Source: a virus
Taxonomy: Duplodnaviria > Caudoviricetes
Virus record (IMG/VR): IMGVR_UViG_3300037067_013379
Coordinates: 13,497 to 77,496 of that record
DNA: 64,000 nt
Reading direction: 5' to 3' (one strand)
Shown here piece by piece: positions 39,025 through 47,533 of the stretch (position 1 is the first letter of the stretch; each line of letters begins with the position of its first letter). The position numbers and the translations under genes were made by a program. A model generated the notes under the pieces. The model saw only the letters and a list, made by a program, of their open reading frames with translations. It did no database searches and was not told the DNA's origin.

Positions 39025-39851
39025 TTGCTGTCGCCGGGGTCGGTGTTCCCGGTGGTTTCCTCGCGCTTGTCGTGCCCGATGCCCATGGCACGGCGGTAGG
39101 CGAGGTTGATGGTGATGGGGTCGTGGGGGATGTCGGGGGCGATGATCCCGATTCCCAGGTCGTTGGCGACGTCGAGGGTTACGACGAGCATCACCTGGCC
39201 GTCTTCGAGCGCTGGTACGCCCATCATCTGGCAGGCGGTTTCGTACTGGTCGCGGGTGAAGTGGTCGAGCATGAGTCCGGCCGCTTCGAGTGCCTCGGCG
39301 CGCTCGTTCTGTTCGGTGATCTCCTCGACGTGGATGCCGACGGACCGGCGGTAGTTGAGGCGCATCTTGACGGCCTCGGCCGGTTCGATGTCCTCGGGGA
39401 CGTACTGGCCGTGTCCGCAGTCGCAGAATTCGTCTTTGATCGATTCGTCGGTGTCGGGTTCGACCTCGGCGATTCGGCACGCGGTCTCGTAGAGGTCGCG
39501 GGTGTAGACGTTGATCTGGATGTAGCCGGTGGGGTCGGGGTTGACGACCCGTACGGCCTCGTCGTCGGTGCGGTAGGGCTCGGTGAGGAGCCAGGAGGGT
39601 TCGGTGTCGGTGCCGTGGTTGACGCACGTCGCGCCGTAGGGCCACGGGGTGTCCTTGAGTGCCTCGGCGATTCGGGTTTCGATGGCGAAGACCCCGCCCC
39701 AGAGGTTGCTGGCGTTGAGGAGTTTCTCGGCGATACGCCGGGCTGCCTTCGCTGTGCGGTAGGGGATGTTTCGCGTGATGTCCCCGTCGATCACTACGTA
39801 CCAGGTTCCGGATTCCTCGGCTACGTCGTAGGTGTGGTTGATCACGGTCAT
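39021..39851 (-). CDS. Hypothetical protein
   Basis: 276 aa; AAAGGA RBS; strong codon bias. Confidence 0.75.
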   Translation of the reverse strand: MTVINHTYDVAEESGTWYVVIDGDITRNIPYRTAKAARRIAEKLLNASNLWGGVFAIETRIAEALKDTPWPYGATCVNHGTDTEPSWLLTEPYRTDDEAVRVVNPDPTGYIQINVYTRDLYETACRIAEVEPDTDESIKDEFCDCGHGQYVPEDIEPAEAVKMRLNYRRSVGIHVEEITEQNERAEALEAAGLMLDHFTRDQYETACQMMGVPALEDGQVMLVVTLDVANDLGIGIIAPDIPHDPITINLAYRRAMGIGHDKREETTGNTDPGDSK

Positions 39852-39991
39852 CCTTTCGTTGTGTTGACCTCGCCTGATTGTACGCCATGATGGCGTGTCT
39901 TGTCATGCGTGCGTTACCCCTATCGACCATCTGGCACGGTTGTCATCATAGGTAAATGGCGCACGTCGTACCCCAGGCGTACCCTGGCGGT

Positions 39992-40180
39992 ATGACAACC
40001 ACCGACCGCGAGCGCCAGCGCGTCATCGACGCTGTGACCATGGCGGCTCTCGATGGCATCGACGAGGCGGAGATGTACCGGCTCGTCCGTGCCGGTCTGG
40101 ACGCGGCCGGTCGGATCGAGGCGGCCCGTGTGCCGATCGACTGGGACAACCTCCCGACGATCGGATCTTTAGCCGCGTAG
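39992..40180 (+). CDS. Small hypothetical protein
   Basis: Short ORF followed by a terminator. Confidence 0.55.
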   Translation: MTTTDRERQRVIDAVTMAALDGIDEAEMYRLVRAGLDAAGRIEAARVPIDWDNLPTIGSLAA

Positions 40181-40189
40181 ACCACGACA

Positions 40190-40226
40190 CGACGAAGGCC
40201 CCGGGATAACCCCGGGGCCTTCGTCG
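40190..40226. terminator. Bidirectional terminator ending the transfer operon
   Basis: Perfect 16-bp arms CGACGAAGGCCCCGGG-N5-CCCGGGGCCTTCGTCG. Confidence 0.8.
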
Positions 40227-40235
40227 TTCATCCGG

Positions 40236-42485
40236 TCAGACGAGCGTCCGGTGGTAGTACCGGTCGTCGACCTTGTCCAACTCGCCGTACTTGGTGGTCA
40301 TGGCCTTCAATACCTCGAACAGGTTCCCCCGGCTGTACCGGAACCCCTCGGCGCGGAGGTTGGTCTCGATCTCCCCGGCCCGGAGGCCATTCGGATAGAT
40401 GTCGGTCAACATCAGGTTGAGGCGCTCGCGGAGCGTCGTGGTTGGCGCCTCGGGGATGGTCTCCCCAATATCGGGCATAACGGTCGGGGTGGTGGTGCCG
40501 GCCGGCTCGACGTCGACGGGGCAGTGCCCTTCGAGCATCATGTGCTGCCCGCTGGTCAACGCCTCGAAGATGTCCGTGTCGGACGGGGTCGCGGTTTGGG
40601 TGGTGGTCCGGGCCTCCGCCGCTGGTTTCCGCCCGGTTCCCAACCGGTCGACCTGGTTGAGTAGGTTCGCCGTGGCGGACCCGGCTCGTGGTGCGGCCGG
40701 GGCCTCGGTGGTTGTGGTGGCCGAGCGTCGTCCGGCCTGGGTGTCGGGGTCCTCGCCCCGTTCGATGGCCGCGAGGCGCTCGGCGCGTCGCTGGTGCCTG
40801 CGGGTGTAGGCGGTTCCGTTGGTGACATCGACGAGCGCCGGGTGGTCCAGGAGTTCCTCGTAGTTCTCCGGGTCGCGTCCGGCGAACACGTCAACGAGTT
40901 TGATATTGGCGCAGATCGCCTGTCCGGCCTGGTCGAGTTCGGGGCGGAGGTTCGCGCAGTCGATCGCGTGCCGTTCGACGAACACGGGGGGGACGTCGAC
41001 GGATCGGCCGACGACCGGCCGGTAGTCCTGCGTGGTCCGGTAGACCCACGCGGAGCCGGTATGCATGAGGCGGACCCGGCCGGGGTTCCGGCCGAGGACG
41101 TGATCGTATTCGCCTTCCTCGTCCATCCGGAGGCATACCCGGATGGAGCACACGGCGCGGAGGGCCTTGTCCAACAGGTCGGCCGTGCCGCGTAGGACGC
41201 TCATGATGACCCGGACGCCGGTTTCCCGGCCGATCTGGGCGAGGCTGGAGATCTGGGAGCAGACGATCTGGCCGAGGACGCTGGCGGCCTGGCGGACCTC
41301 CCCGCCCTCGTCGGTGATGACGACGACGGCTGGTTTCTTGGGGGACACGGGGAGGACGTTGGTTCCCGCGTCGCGGCGCATCTGGACGGCTTCGCGGTCG
41401 GTCTTGCGGCCCTTCGCGATACCCTTCGCGCACGCCATGATCACGGCAGATTCCTCTTCGGTGTCGCCCAACCAGTCGATGATCGGCTTGGACACCTTGC
41501 CTTCCTCGAACGGCCGGTTCCACGGTGCGCCGAGTCCGCCACCGTTGAAGTCGATGACCCAGATCAGGGCGTCCGTGCACCGGGCGAGGTACGCGATGAT
41601 GCGGTTCAGGAGGGTGGTCTTACCGCTGCCCGTGGTACCACCAATGATCATGCAGAAGATGCGGAGGCAGACCATGAACCAGTTGCCCTGCGGTGAGCGC
41701 ATGAGCGGGAAGGGGTCGTTGATCGACGCGGGTGCCGGGGTCTCGTGGTCGTCGAGAAGGATGTGGTCCTTCAGGCAGTCGCGGAGCATGACCCGGATGA
41801 CGGCCTCACACTGGTAGTCCCCGTCGAGGACGGTGACGACGCAGCCCTGTGGGAGTCGCAACTGTGGGGACGACTGGATCTTTCCGCACAGGTCGACGAG
41901 GTCCCGGGGTTCCATGCCCTCGACCAACGACACCCGGATGTCGATACCGTCGTCGGGGGTTTCCCACGGCTCGATCTTGATGACGGAGATGCTGGTCTTC
42001 GACAATCGGCGGAGGAGGGCCTGCATGTCTTCCTCCTGCCGGGTGCGTCCGGGGGGCAGGCCGTAGTTCGGGTCTGCCGCTGCGGCTGCCGCCTCGGCCT
42101 CGGCCCGTGCGGCTTTCTCCGCTGCCGCTGCCGCCTCCAGTTCCTCCTTGGTTGGGGGGATTGGGAGGGCGAGCATGACGGTGGTGCCGGTGGCGACGCC
42201 CACGGCGAGGACGACGACTCCGAGGGCCGTGACTCCGGCCGCTGCCGCGACGCTGGCCCAGATCGAGCCGGCCGCGACGAACAGGGCCGTCACGGCGGCT
42301 CGGGGTGCCGTGGTGCGGGTGTACCGGGCCTCGTACGTGGCGATGGCGAGGAGCATGCCGGCCGCTGCTGGTACCACGGCCGGGATGCCTGGGATGGTGC
42401 GGCATGCGAGTGCTGTGACGACCGGACCGAGGAGGCCGATCGTCGCGTAGGACGGGACGTGGTTGCTTGTGGTGGTGTGTTTCAC
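40236..42485 (-). CDS. traB: FtsK/SpoIIIE-family DNA translocase, Streptomyces TraB/Tra-type conjugation protein
   Basis: N-terminal TM helices, Walker A GGTTGSGKT, Walker B VVITDE, GRETGVR and C-terminal wHTH: the TraB architecture. Confidence 0.8.
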   Translation of the reverse strand: MKHTTTSNHVPSYATIGLLGPVVTALACRTIPGIPAVVPAAAGMLLAIATYEARYTRTTAPRAAVTALFVAAGSIWASVAAAAGVTALGVVVLAVGVATGTTVMLALPIPPTKEELEAAAAAEKAARAEAEAAAAAADPNYGLPPGRTRQEEDMQALLRRLSKTSISVIKIEPWETPDDGIDIRVSLVEGMEPRDLVDLCGKIQSSPQLRLPQGCVVTVLDGDYQCEAVIRVMLRDCLKDHILLDDHETPAPASINDPFPLMRSPQGNWFMVCLRIFCMIIGGTTGSGKTTLLNRIIAYLARCTDALIWVIDFNGGGLGAPWNRPFEEGKVSKPIIDWLGDTEEESAVIMACAKGIAKGRKTDREAVQMRRDAGTNVLPVSPKKPAVVVITDEGGEVRQAASVLGQIVCSQISSLAQIGRETGVRVIMSVLRGTADLLDKALRAVCSIRVCLRMDEEGEYDHVLGRNPGRVRLMHTGSAWVYRTTQDYRPVVGRSVDVPPVFVERHAIDCANLRPELDQAGQAICANIKLVDVFAGRDPENYEELLDHPALVDVTNGTAYTRRHQRRAERLAAIERGEDPDTQAGRRSATTTTEAPAAPRAGSATANLLNQVDRLGTGRKPAAEARTTTQTATPSDTDIFEALTSGQHMMLEGHCPVDVEPAGTTTPTVMPDIGETIPEAPTTTLRERLNLMLTDIYPNGLRAGEIETNLRAEGFRYSRGNLFEVLKAMTTKYGELDKVDDRYYHRTLV

Positions 42486-42512
42486 GGCGTCCTCCTCTCC
42501 GGGTTGGTTTGG

Positions 42513-43853
42513 TCAGGTGTCCTTTTGGGCTTCGCCGACGTCGGAGCGCTTCTCGCGTTCGACCCCGCCCCTCATTCCGGCGAGGCGGTCTTCGTCGCCG
42601 GTGTGTTCGGTGCGGTATAGGGGGCCGAGGGCGTTCGCGTTGCTGGCGATACGTCCGATGACCTCGGAGATCTTCGGCAGTTTGCTCAGGGACGCCTGGA
42701 CGTCTGCCAGGAGGGCGACGAGTTTCGGCGAGGCTGGCAGTTCCTGCTCGCCTTGGGTGTGGAGGCGGACGACGGCCTGGGCGATGTTTTCCAGGTCGGC
42801 TTCGACGCGTCGGAGTTCGCGCTGCTTCTCCAGGAGCGCTTGTTCGATGGATGGGAGGCACCGGCCCCATGCTTGCAGGCTCGGGGTGCCGTGGGTTTTG
42901 ACCATCTTGGTTGATCCTCCTTGGGGGTTGGCCGGTGTGTCGGGCGTTTCCTGACCGGCCGGTTCTTCTTCGTCGGTGTCGTCGGTGTCTTCGGGTTCGG
43001 TGTTGTTGGGGTCGTCCTCCTCGTCTTTGTCCTTGGGGCCGGCTGCGTCCCAGCCCTTCTTGATTTCTTCGGCGGTTCGGGTGAGGAATCCGGGGCGGTC
43101 GGAGTCGTCGTCGTTGCCCTTGTTCTTGCTTCGGTGGTCCTTGTCGCGGCCGTGGTGGTCCTTGTCGCGTCCGCCTCCAGGGCCGAAGAGGTCTCCGAGC
43201 CCGTTGCCGCGTCCTCCGGTTCCGTTGCCGCGTCCCCGGCCTCCGTTGGTGCCGGTGCCTCGTCCGCCTCCGGTGCCTCCGAAGAGACCGCCGAGGCCGC
43301 GTCCGCGTCCGCGTCCTCCGCCGGTGCCGTGTCCGCCGGTGCCGGTGCCGCGTCCGCGTCCTCCGAGGATGTTTCCGAGGCCGCGTCCCCGGCCGGTGCC
43401 GGTGCCGTGTCCGCTGGTGCCGGTGCCGCGTCCGCGTCCTCCGAGGAGTCCGGCGAGCCCGCGTCCCCGGCCGGTGCCGGTGCCGTGTCCGCTGGTGCCG
43501 GTGCCGCGTCCGCGTCCTCCGAGGATGTTTCCGAGGCCGCGTCCCCGGCCGGTGCCGGTGGCGCCTCTGCGGTTCCGTCCGAACTTGGCGAGGAACACGA
43601 TCAGGGCGATCACGGCGATCGCGGCGTGGATGATGAGCCATCGTGTCCAGGAGCCGAGGGCTGCGACGAGGGCGAGTTCGGCCGTGGCTACGACCAGCGC
43701 GATCACGATCACGGTCTCGCGGTTGATCTTCGGACGGCGACGCTGTGTAGTTGGTTTTGGGGTGGTGGTTGGGTCGGTTGGGGTTGGTGTGGGTGCGACC
43801 GGTGGGGTCGGTGGTGGTGGTGTGGGGGCGGGTGGTGGTGTCGGCGTAGTCAT
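42513..43853 (-). CDS. Membrane-anchored Gly/Arg-repeat protein with a helical C-terminal domain (transfer/spread accessory)
   Basis: Two TM segments, 26-aa GR/GT repeats, acidic linker; directly upstream of traB. Confidence 0.7.
   Translation of the reverse strand: MTTPTPPPAPTPPPPTPPVAPTPTPTDPTTTPKPTTQRRRPKINRETVIVIALVVATAELALVAALGSWTRWLIIHAAIAVIALIVFLAKFGRNRRGATGTGRGRGLGNILGGRGRGTGTSGHGTGTGRGRGLAGLLGGRGRGTGTSGHGTGTGRGRGLGNILGGRGRGTGTGGHGTGGGRGRGRGLGGLFGGTGGGRGTGTNGGRGRGNGTGGRGNGLGDLFGPGGGRDKDHHGRDKDHRSKNKGNDDDSDRPGFLTRTAEEIKKGWDAAGPKDKDEEDDPNNTEPEDTDDTDEEEPAGQETPDTPANPQGGSTKMVKTHGTPSLQAWGRCLPSIEQALLEKQRELRRVEADLENIAQAVVRLHTQGEQELPASPKLVALLADVQASLSKLPKISEVIGRIASNANALGPLYRTEHTGDEDRLAGMRGGVEREKRSDVGEAQKDT
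43200..43570. repeat. 78-bp-period in-frame tandem repeat
   Basis: About 3-4 units encoding GGRGRGTGTSGHGTGTGRGRGLGNIL variants. Confidence 0.85.
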
Positions 43854-43874
43854 CGTTCCTCACTGTGTGTGACG

Positions 43875-43996
43875 TGTCTGGGGTGAGTGGTGTCTGGGTG
43901 TACTGGCGGTTTGGAGAAGGCCGGTTTCCAGGGATTTCGCGGCTGTCGGGGGGGTGTCGGGGTGACTGTCACCCCGTACACCCTGACACCCTGACA
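43875..43996. repeat. Cluster of TGTCNGGG octamers (4 direct, 2 inverted)
   Basis: Direct copies at 43875, 43891, 43944 and 43955; inverted CCCTGACA at 43981 and 43989. Confidence 0.6.
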
Positions 43997-44023
43997 ATAA
44001 CACTGTGTAGATGGTGGCGCGTT

Positions 44024-44236
44024 TTAGAATGCGGACGCGATCCAGTTGATGAACGTGGTGACGCCGGAGACGACTCCGGCGATCCAGCCTCCGAATGCGG
44101 TGTCGGTGTCCCCGGCGATGTAACCGAGGGTGACGAACGCGAGGACCATCGCGCCGGTGGCGAGTCGTCTTGCGGAGAAGAAGATGTAGAGGCCGGCTGC
44201 TATGGCGAGGAGCGCGGCGAAGACGGACGAGGTCAC
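44024..44236 (-). CDS. Small hydrophobic membrane protein (Spd/pilin-like size)
   Basis: 70 aa, almost entirely hydrophobic; GGAGG RBS; in the transfer operon. Confidence 0.7.
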   Translation of the reverse strand: MTSSVFAALLAIAAGLYIFFSARRLATGAMVLAFVTLGYIAGDTDTAFGGWIAGVVSGVTTFINWIASAF

Positions 44237-44532
44237 GGTTTTGCCTCCAGATCGACGGTGTAGCGGGTGGTGGTGCCGTTGCGCATGGTTTCGACCTCGA
44301 ACGTCGTGTGGTTGCGGAGGAGTTCGAGGGTCCAGACGCGGGCCTGGTCACGGGCGGGCTGCTCGGTGACGAACGTCGCGGGTTCGCGGAGTCGTCGGGT
44401 GTAGCAGTCGATGGCTGTGACGCGGTACGCCTGGGTGTTTCGGTAGAGGGTGATCTGCGCTCCCATGGGGGTCCGAACGGTGATCCACTCGTTGGTGTCG
44501 AGTGGGGTCTTGTTGTTCGGATGTTCCGTCAT
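44233..44532 (-). CDS. Hypothetical protein, first gene of the transfer operon
   Basis: GGGGAG RBS; GTGA overlap with the next gene. Confidence 0.7.
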   Translation of the reverse strand: MTEHPNNKTPLDTNEWITVRTPMGAQITLYRNTQAYRVTAIDCYTRRLREPATFVTEQPARDQARVWTLELLRNHTTFEVETMRNGTTTRYTVDLEAKP

Positions 44533-44559
44533 CGCGCTCCCCCTAAATGGTCTCCCGTC

Positions 44560-44588
44560 AGTATACAGGCATGCCAGGAAATAGCCAA
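44560..44588 (-). promoter_or_regulatory. SigA/HrdB-type promoter of the transfer operon
   Basis: TTGGCT-N17-TATACT on the minus strand. Confidence 0.7.
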
Positions 44589-44613
44589 CCTAGGGGGGCA
44601 GACTTGCGCGGGT

Positions 44614-45370
44614 CCCGTACGGCGTACGGGAACACGCCCCGTACGCCCCGTACGCCGAACCCCCGTACCAGGCAACCCCGTACGCCCCCGTACGCCCGTA
44701 CGCCGTACGGGTCGGCCGTACGCCCCCGTACGCCCCGTACGCGAACACCGGGGACCCCGTACGCCCCGTACGTCGACACCCCGTACGGCCCCGGGCCGCG
44801 ACTCCCCGTACGCCCCGTACGCCCGTACGCCCGCGCACCGTACGACCCCGCCTGTACGCCCATGCCCGTACGCCCCCCGCCCGTACGGGGACGGTTGGTG
44901 GGTACGCCGTACGGGCTGTACTGGTTGGCGTCCCCGTACGGGGCCGTACGCCCGCACGGCCCCGTACGGGGTACGGCCCAGGGCAACGGTTGGTGTACGG
45001 CCGCGTACGGCCCGGCCGTACGGGAATCGCGTACGGGTACCGATCCGCGTACGGGCGGGTACGCCGTACGGCCCGTACGCCCGTACGGCGGTCGGACCGT
45101 ACGCCCCGATCCCGTACGCCCCGTACACCAACCCCCGTACGGCCGCGTACGCCCCCGTACACCAACCACCCCGTACGCGTACCCCGTACGGCCCGTACGC
45201 CCGTACGCCGGCCCCCGTACGGGCCGTACGGTCGGGATCGCGCCGTACGGGAAACCGCCCCGAACCATGATCGGATCGGGGCGTACGGGGCGTGCCGTAC
45301 GGGGTCGTACGGGACCCGGACATGCGTACGCCCCCCGGTGGGTACGGGGGGCGTACGGGCCGTACGGGGT
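44614..45370. repeat. Dense array of ~60 GTAC-core repeats (mostly CCGTACG / CGTACGG)
   Basis: Manual count of about 60 GTAC in ~750 bp with irregular spacing; no consistent reading frame. Confidence 0.95.
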
Positions 45371-45383
45371 GGTGTGGCGCACC

Positions 45384-45581
45384 TCACCATCCATCGGGAT
45401 TGGTCAACATGTCGAGTGCCTCGGAGACGATCGTCTTCTCGTCGAGCCACGCGCGGGCCTGTTCGATGCCCTCGGCGACGAGTTCCCGGACCCGGGCCTC
45501 CGGCTCGTCCTGGCCGTAGAACGCGGCGTACTCGGCGATCGCTCGGGCGGCCCGGTATCCGGGGCGGCTGATGTCACTCAC
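45384..45581 (-). CDS. Small hypothetical protein
   Basis: AGGAGG RBS; 65 aa. Confidence 0.6.
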   Translation of the reverse strand: MSDISRPGYRAARAIAEYAAFYGQDEPEARVRELVAEGIEQARAWLDEKTIVSEALDMLTNPDGW

Positions 45582-45635
45582 GATGTCCTCCTACGGGGCG
45601 GCCCCCGGTGGTGTGCCGGGGGCCGGTGGGTGGTG

Positions 45636-45986
45636 TCACGCGGCACGGAGCGCCGTGGCGAGGTCCTCCGGGGTGGTGTCCTCGGTGAGGATGCGCGTGC
45701 GGTTCCGGAGGGTGGTGATGGCGGCCCGGACGCGGGTCTCGGTCGTGGCCGTCCGGACGGTCGCCATGAACTTGATGATCGTGTCGTACAACCGGGCGTC
45801 CGCCTTCGCGGCCCGTTCCACGGCAGCGGCCGTGGTGTACCGCTGGCCGGCTACCCGCGTGGGGCGGTTGGTGTTAGCGGCGAGGATCTTGTTGACGAGG
45901 CGGAACGCCGTCCGGTTCGCGTCGATCGGGCCGATCGCGGTGTAGAGGTCGTTGATGGTGGTGAGGTGGTTCGTCGTCTGCGTCAT
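45636..45986 (-). CDS. Hypothetical protein (probably leaderless)
   Basis: ATG 7 nt after a -10 box; a hairpin follows the stop. Confidence 0.7.
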   Translation of the reverse strand: MTQTTNHLTTINDLYTAIGPIDANRTAFRLVNKILAANTNRPTRVAGQRYTTAAAVERAAKADARLYDTIIKFMATVRTATTETRVRAAITTLRNRTRILTEDTTPEDLATALRAA

Positions 45987-45993
45987 GCCCCAT

Positions 45994-46022
45994 ACGCTAC
46001 CCGTGGCGTTAGGGGTTGTCGA
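45994..46022 (-). promoter_or_regulatory. Promoter TCGACA-N17-TAGCGT with a CCCCTAACGC operator in the spacer
   Basis: Nearly identical to the promoter at 62581-62609. Confidence 0.7.
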
Positions 46023-46066
46023 GCTATAACGCTCATACCTTTGGGCTTGATGCTGCGGAGTCTTCT

Positions 46067-46119
46067 GCCACCCATCCACCGGCCCCCGGTGGTGTGCCTG
46101 GGGCCGGTGGATGGGTGGC
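46067..46119 (-). terminator. Long hairpin after the Spd-like gene
   Basis: 20-bp arms GCCACCCATCCACCGGCCCC...GGGGCCGGTGGATGGGTGGC. Confidence 0.75.
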
Positions 46120-47378
46120 TAGTTCTGGCCGTTGGCGATCATCGTGATCGCCGTGGTGACCCGCTCCGCGACCGGCAGACCGGCGTCGAGCGAGTGAGCG
46201 CAGGTGACGATGTCCAGTACGCGCTTCGCCTGCCGGGCGAGGACCTTGTCGTCTCCGACGGTGCAGGCGCGCTCGATCGCGGACCGGCACAGGGACCCGG
46301 CCTGGATCAGACCGGTCAGGGCGTCCCAGTGGCGAACGACGATGTCCGCGTCGCGCTCGGCCGTGGTCATGGCGAGTGCCGTGACGGTCCGGCGTGCCGG
46401 GGTGCTGGTGATCGCGGGCTGGTTGCCGTTGTGCCGGTGGCCGTTGATCGGGGTGGTCGGGAGGTCGAGGACGGGGTTGCCGTTGGTCCGGTGGCCGTTG
46501 GGGGCCGCTGGTAGGGCCTCGACGTCGACGGTGGTCTCGACGGCCGGGTGCTCGATGGTGGGGGCCTCGGTGTCGCTGGCGACCCGTACGGCCTCGGTGC
46601 CGGTCTTGGTGACGGCCGCGATGCGGGCCTCGATCCCGTAGGCCAGTTCGAGGTGTGCGATCACGGCGGCTGCGGTTGTGGGGTCGGCCTTGAGCATCAT
46701 GCGACGGACCCGGCGACGCTTGCGCTCCTTGAACCACCGGGCGGAGGCGAGCATGTACGCGGCGTTCGTCAACTTCTCCTCGAACCGCTTGGCCTCGGCC
46801 TCGTCGACGGTTGTCTTCCCGGGCTTCCACGCGCCGAGGCGAATCAGGAGGTTGAGGGGGGTCCACATGAACCGGCCCCGGTTCTCCTCGCTCTGCTCCG
46901 CCGTCAACTTGATCCAGTGGAGGAGCGCGACCCCGAGGGGGAGGAGGATACGTAGTGCGATCTCGACGATGTTGGTGGACGCGAGGGCTACCAGGGTGCC
47001 CTCGGCCACGGCGACGATCCAGAACGCGGTTCCGAATGGTCCGGGTCGGCCGTGGCGGTCTTGGAAGTCCTTGGCGAGCCGGAAGAAGTTGACCATCAAG
47101 CCTTCGGCCACGGCGCATACGAAGATCGCGAGCCACCAGGGCAGGGGCATGGACAACTTGGTTGTGAGGACCCAGAACATGCCCTCGGCGGTGAGGGCCA
47201 GGACCATGAGGGTTACGGCGTTGCTGAGGACGTCGCGGTCTTTGGTGGTGGTCTTGCGGCCGGTGACGCGTCGGATGGTGGCGATGAGGAGGGCGAGGGC
47301 GAGGCCGAGGGCCGCGATGATCGCGTAGTGTCCGTACTCCCCCCACATGTCGATGATGGTGTTGATGTCTAGGTTCAC
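46119..47378 (-). CDS. SpdB2/DUF2637-like multi-TM plasmid spread protein
   Basis: Several TM helices, then a helical region, a Pro/Thr-rich linker and a possible C-terminal HTH; clustered with traB. Confidence 0.55.
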   Translation of the reverse strand: MNLDINTIIDMWGEYGHYAIIAALGLALALLIATIRRVTGRKTTTKDRDVLSNAVTLMVLALTAEGMFWVLTTKLSMPLPWWLAIFVCAVAEGLMVNFFRLAKDFQDRHGRPGPFGTAFWIVAVAEGTLVALASTNIVEIALRILLPLGVALLHWIKLTAEQSEENRGRFMWTPLNLLIRLGAWKPGKTTVDEAEAKRFEEKLTNAAYMLASARWFKERKRRRVRRMMLKADPTTAAAVIAHLELAYGIEARIAAVTKTGTEAVRVASDTEAPTIEHPAVETTVDVEALPAAPNGHRTNGNPVLDLPTTPINGHRHNGNQPAITSTPARRTVTALAMTTAERDADIVVRHWDALTGLIQAGSLCRSAIERACTVGDDKVLARQAKRVLDIVTCAHSLDAGLPVAERVTTAITMIANGQN

Positions 47379-47533
47379 GGCTTCTCCCCGGTGTGTGTCG
47401 CGGCGTGTTTGTGCGTCCCCCGGAGTCTACCGTGCCCAATATAAATCCGCAACTTCATGGTGAGCATTTATTCGGGTGGTGACACGGGACGGCCCGACCC
47501 ATCGTCGTGACCGGGTCGGGCCGTCGTGGTCGG

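Noticed and set aside
45312-45320. GACCCGGA, the pSVH1 TraB recognition octamer as I recall it
   Set aside because: Single copy; expected by chance in high-GC DNA.
44614-45370. GTAC array as a CRISPR array
   Set aside because: Units are 6-9 bp with irregular short gaps; there are no 25-40 bp repeats or unique spacers. The Cas4-like gene is a phage exonuclease paired with RecT.
44529-45450. Long PY/VR/RT-rich ORFs in all six frames over the GTAC array
   Set aside because: The repeat contains no stop codon in any frame, the spacing is not a multiple of three and there is no RBS; the signal is at the DNA level.
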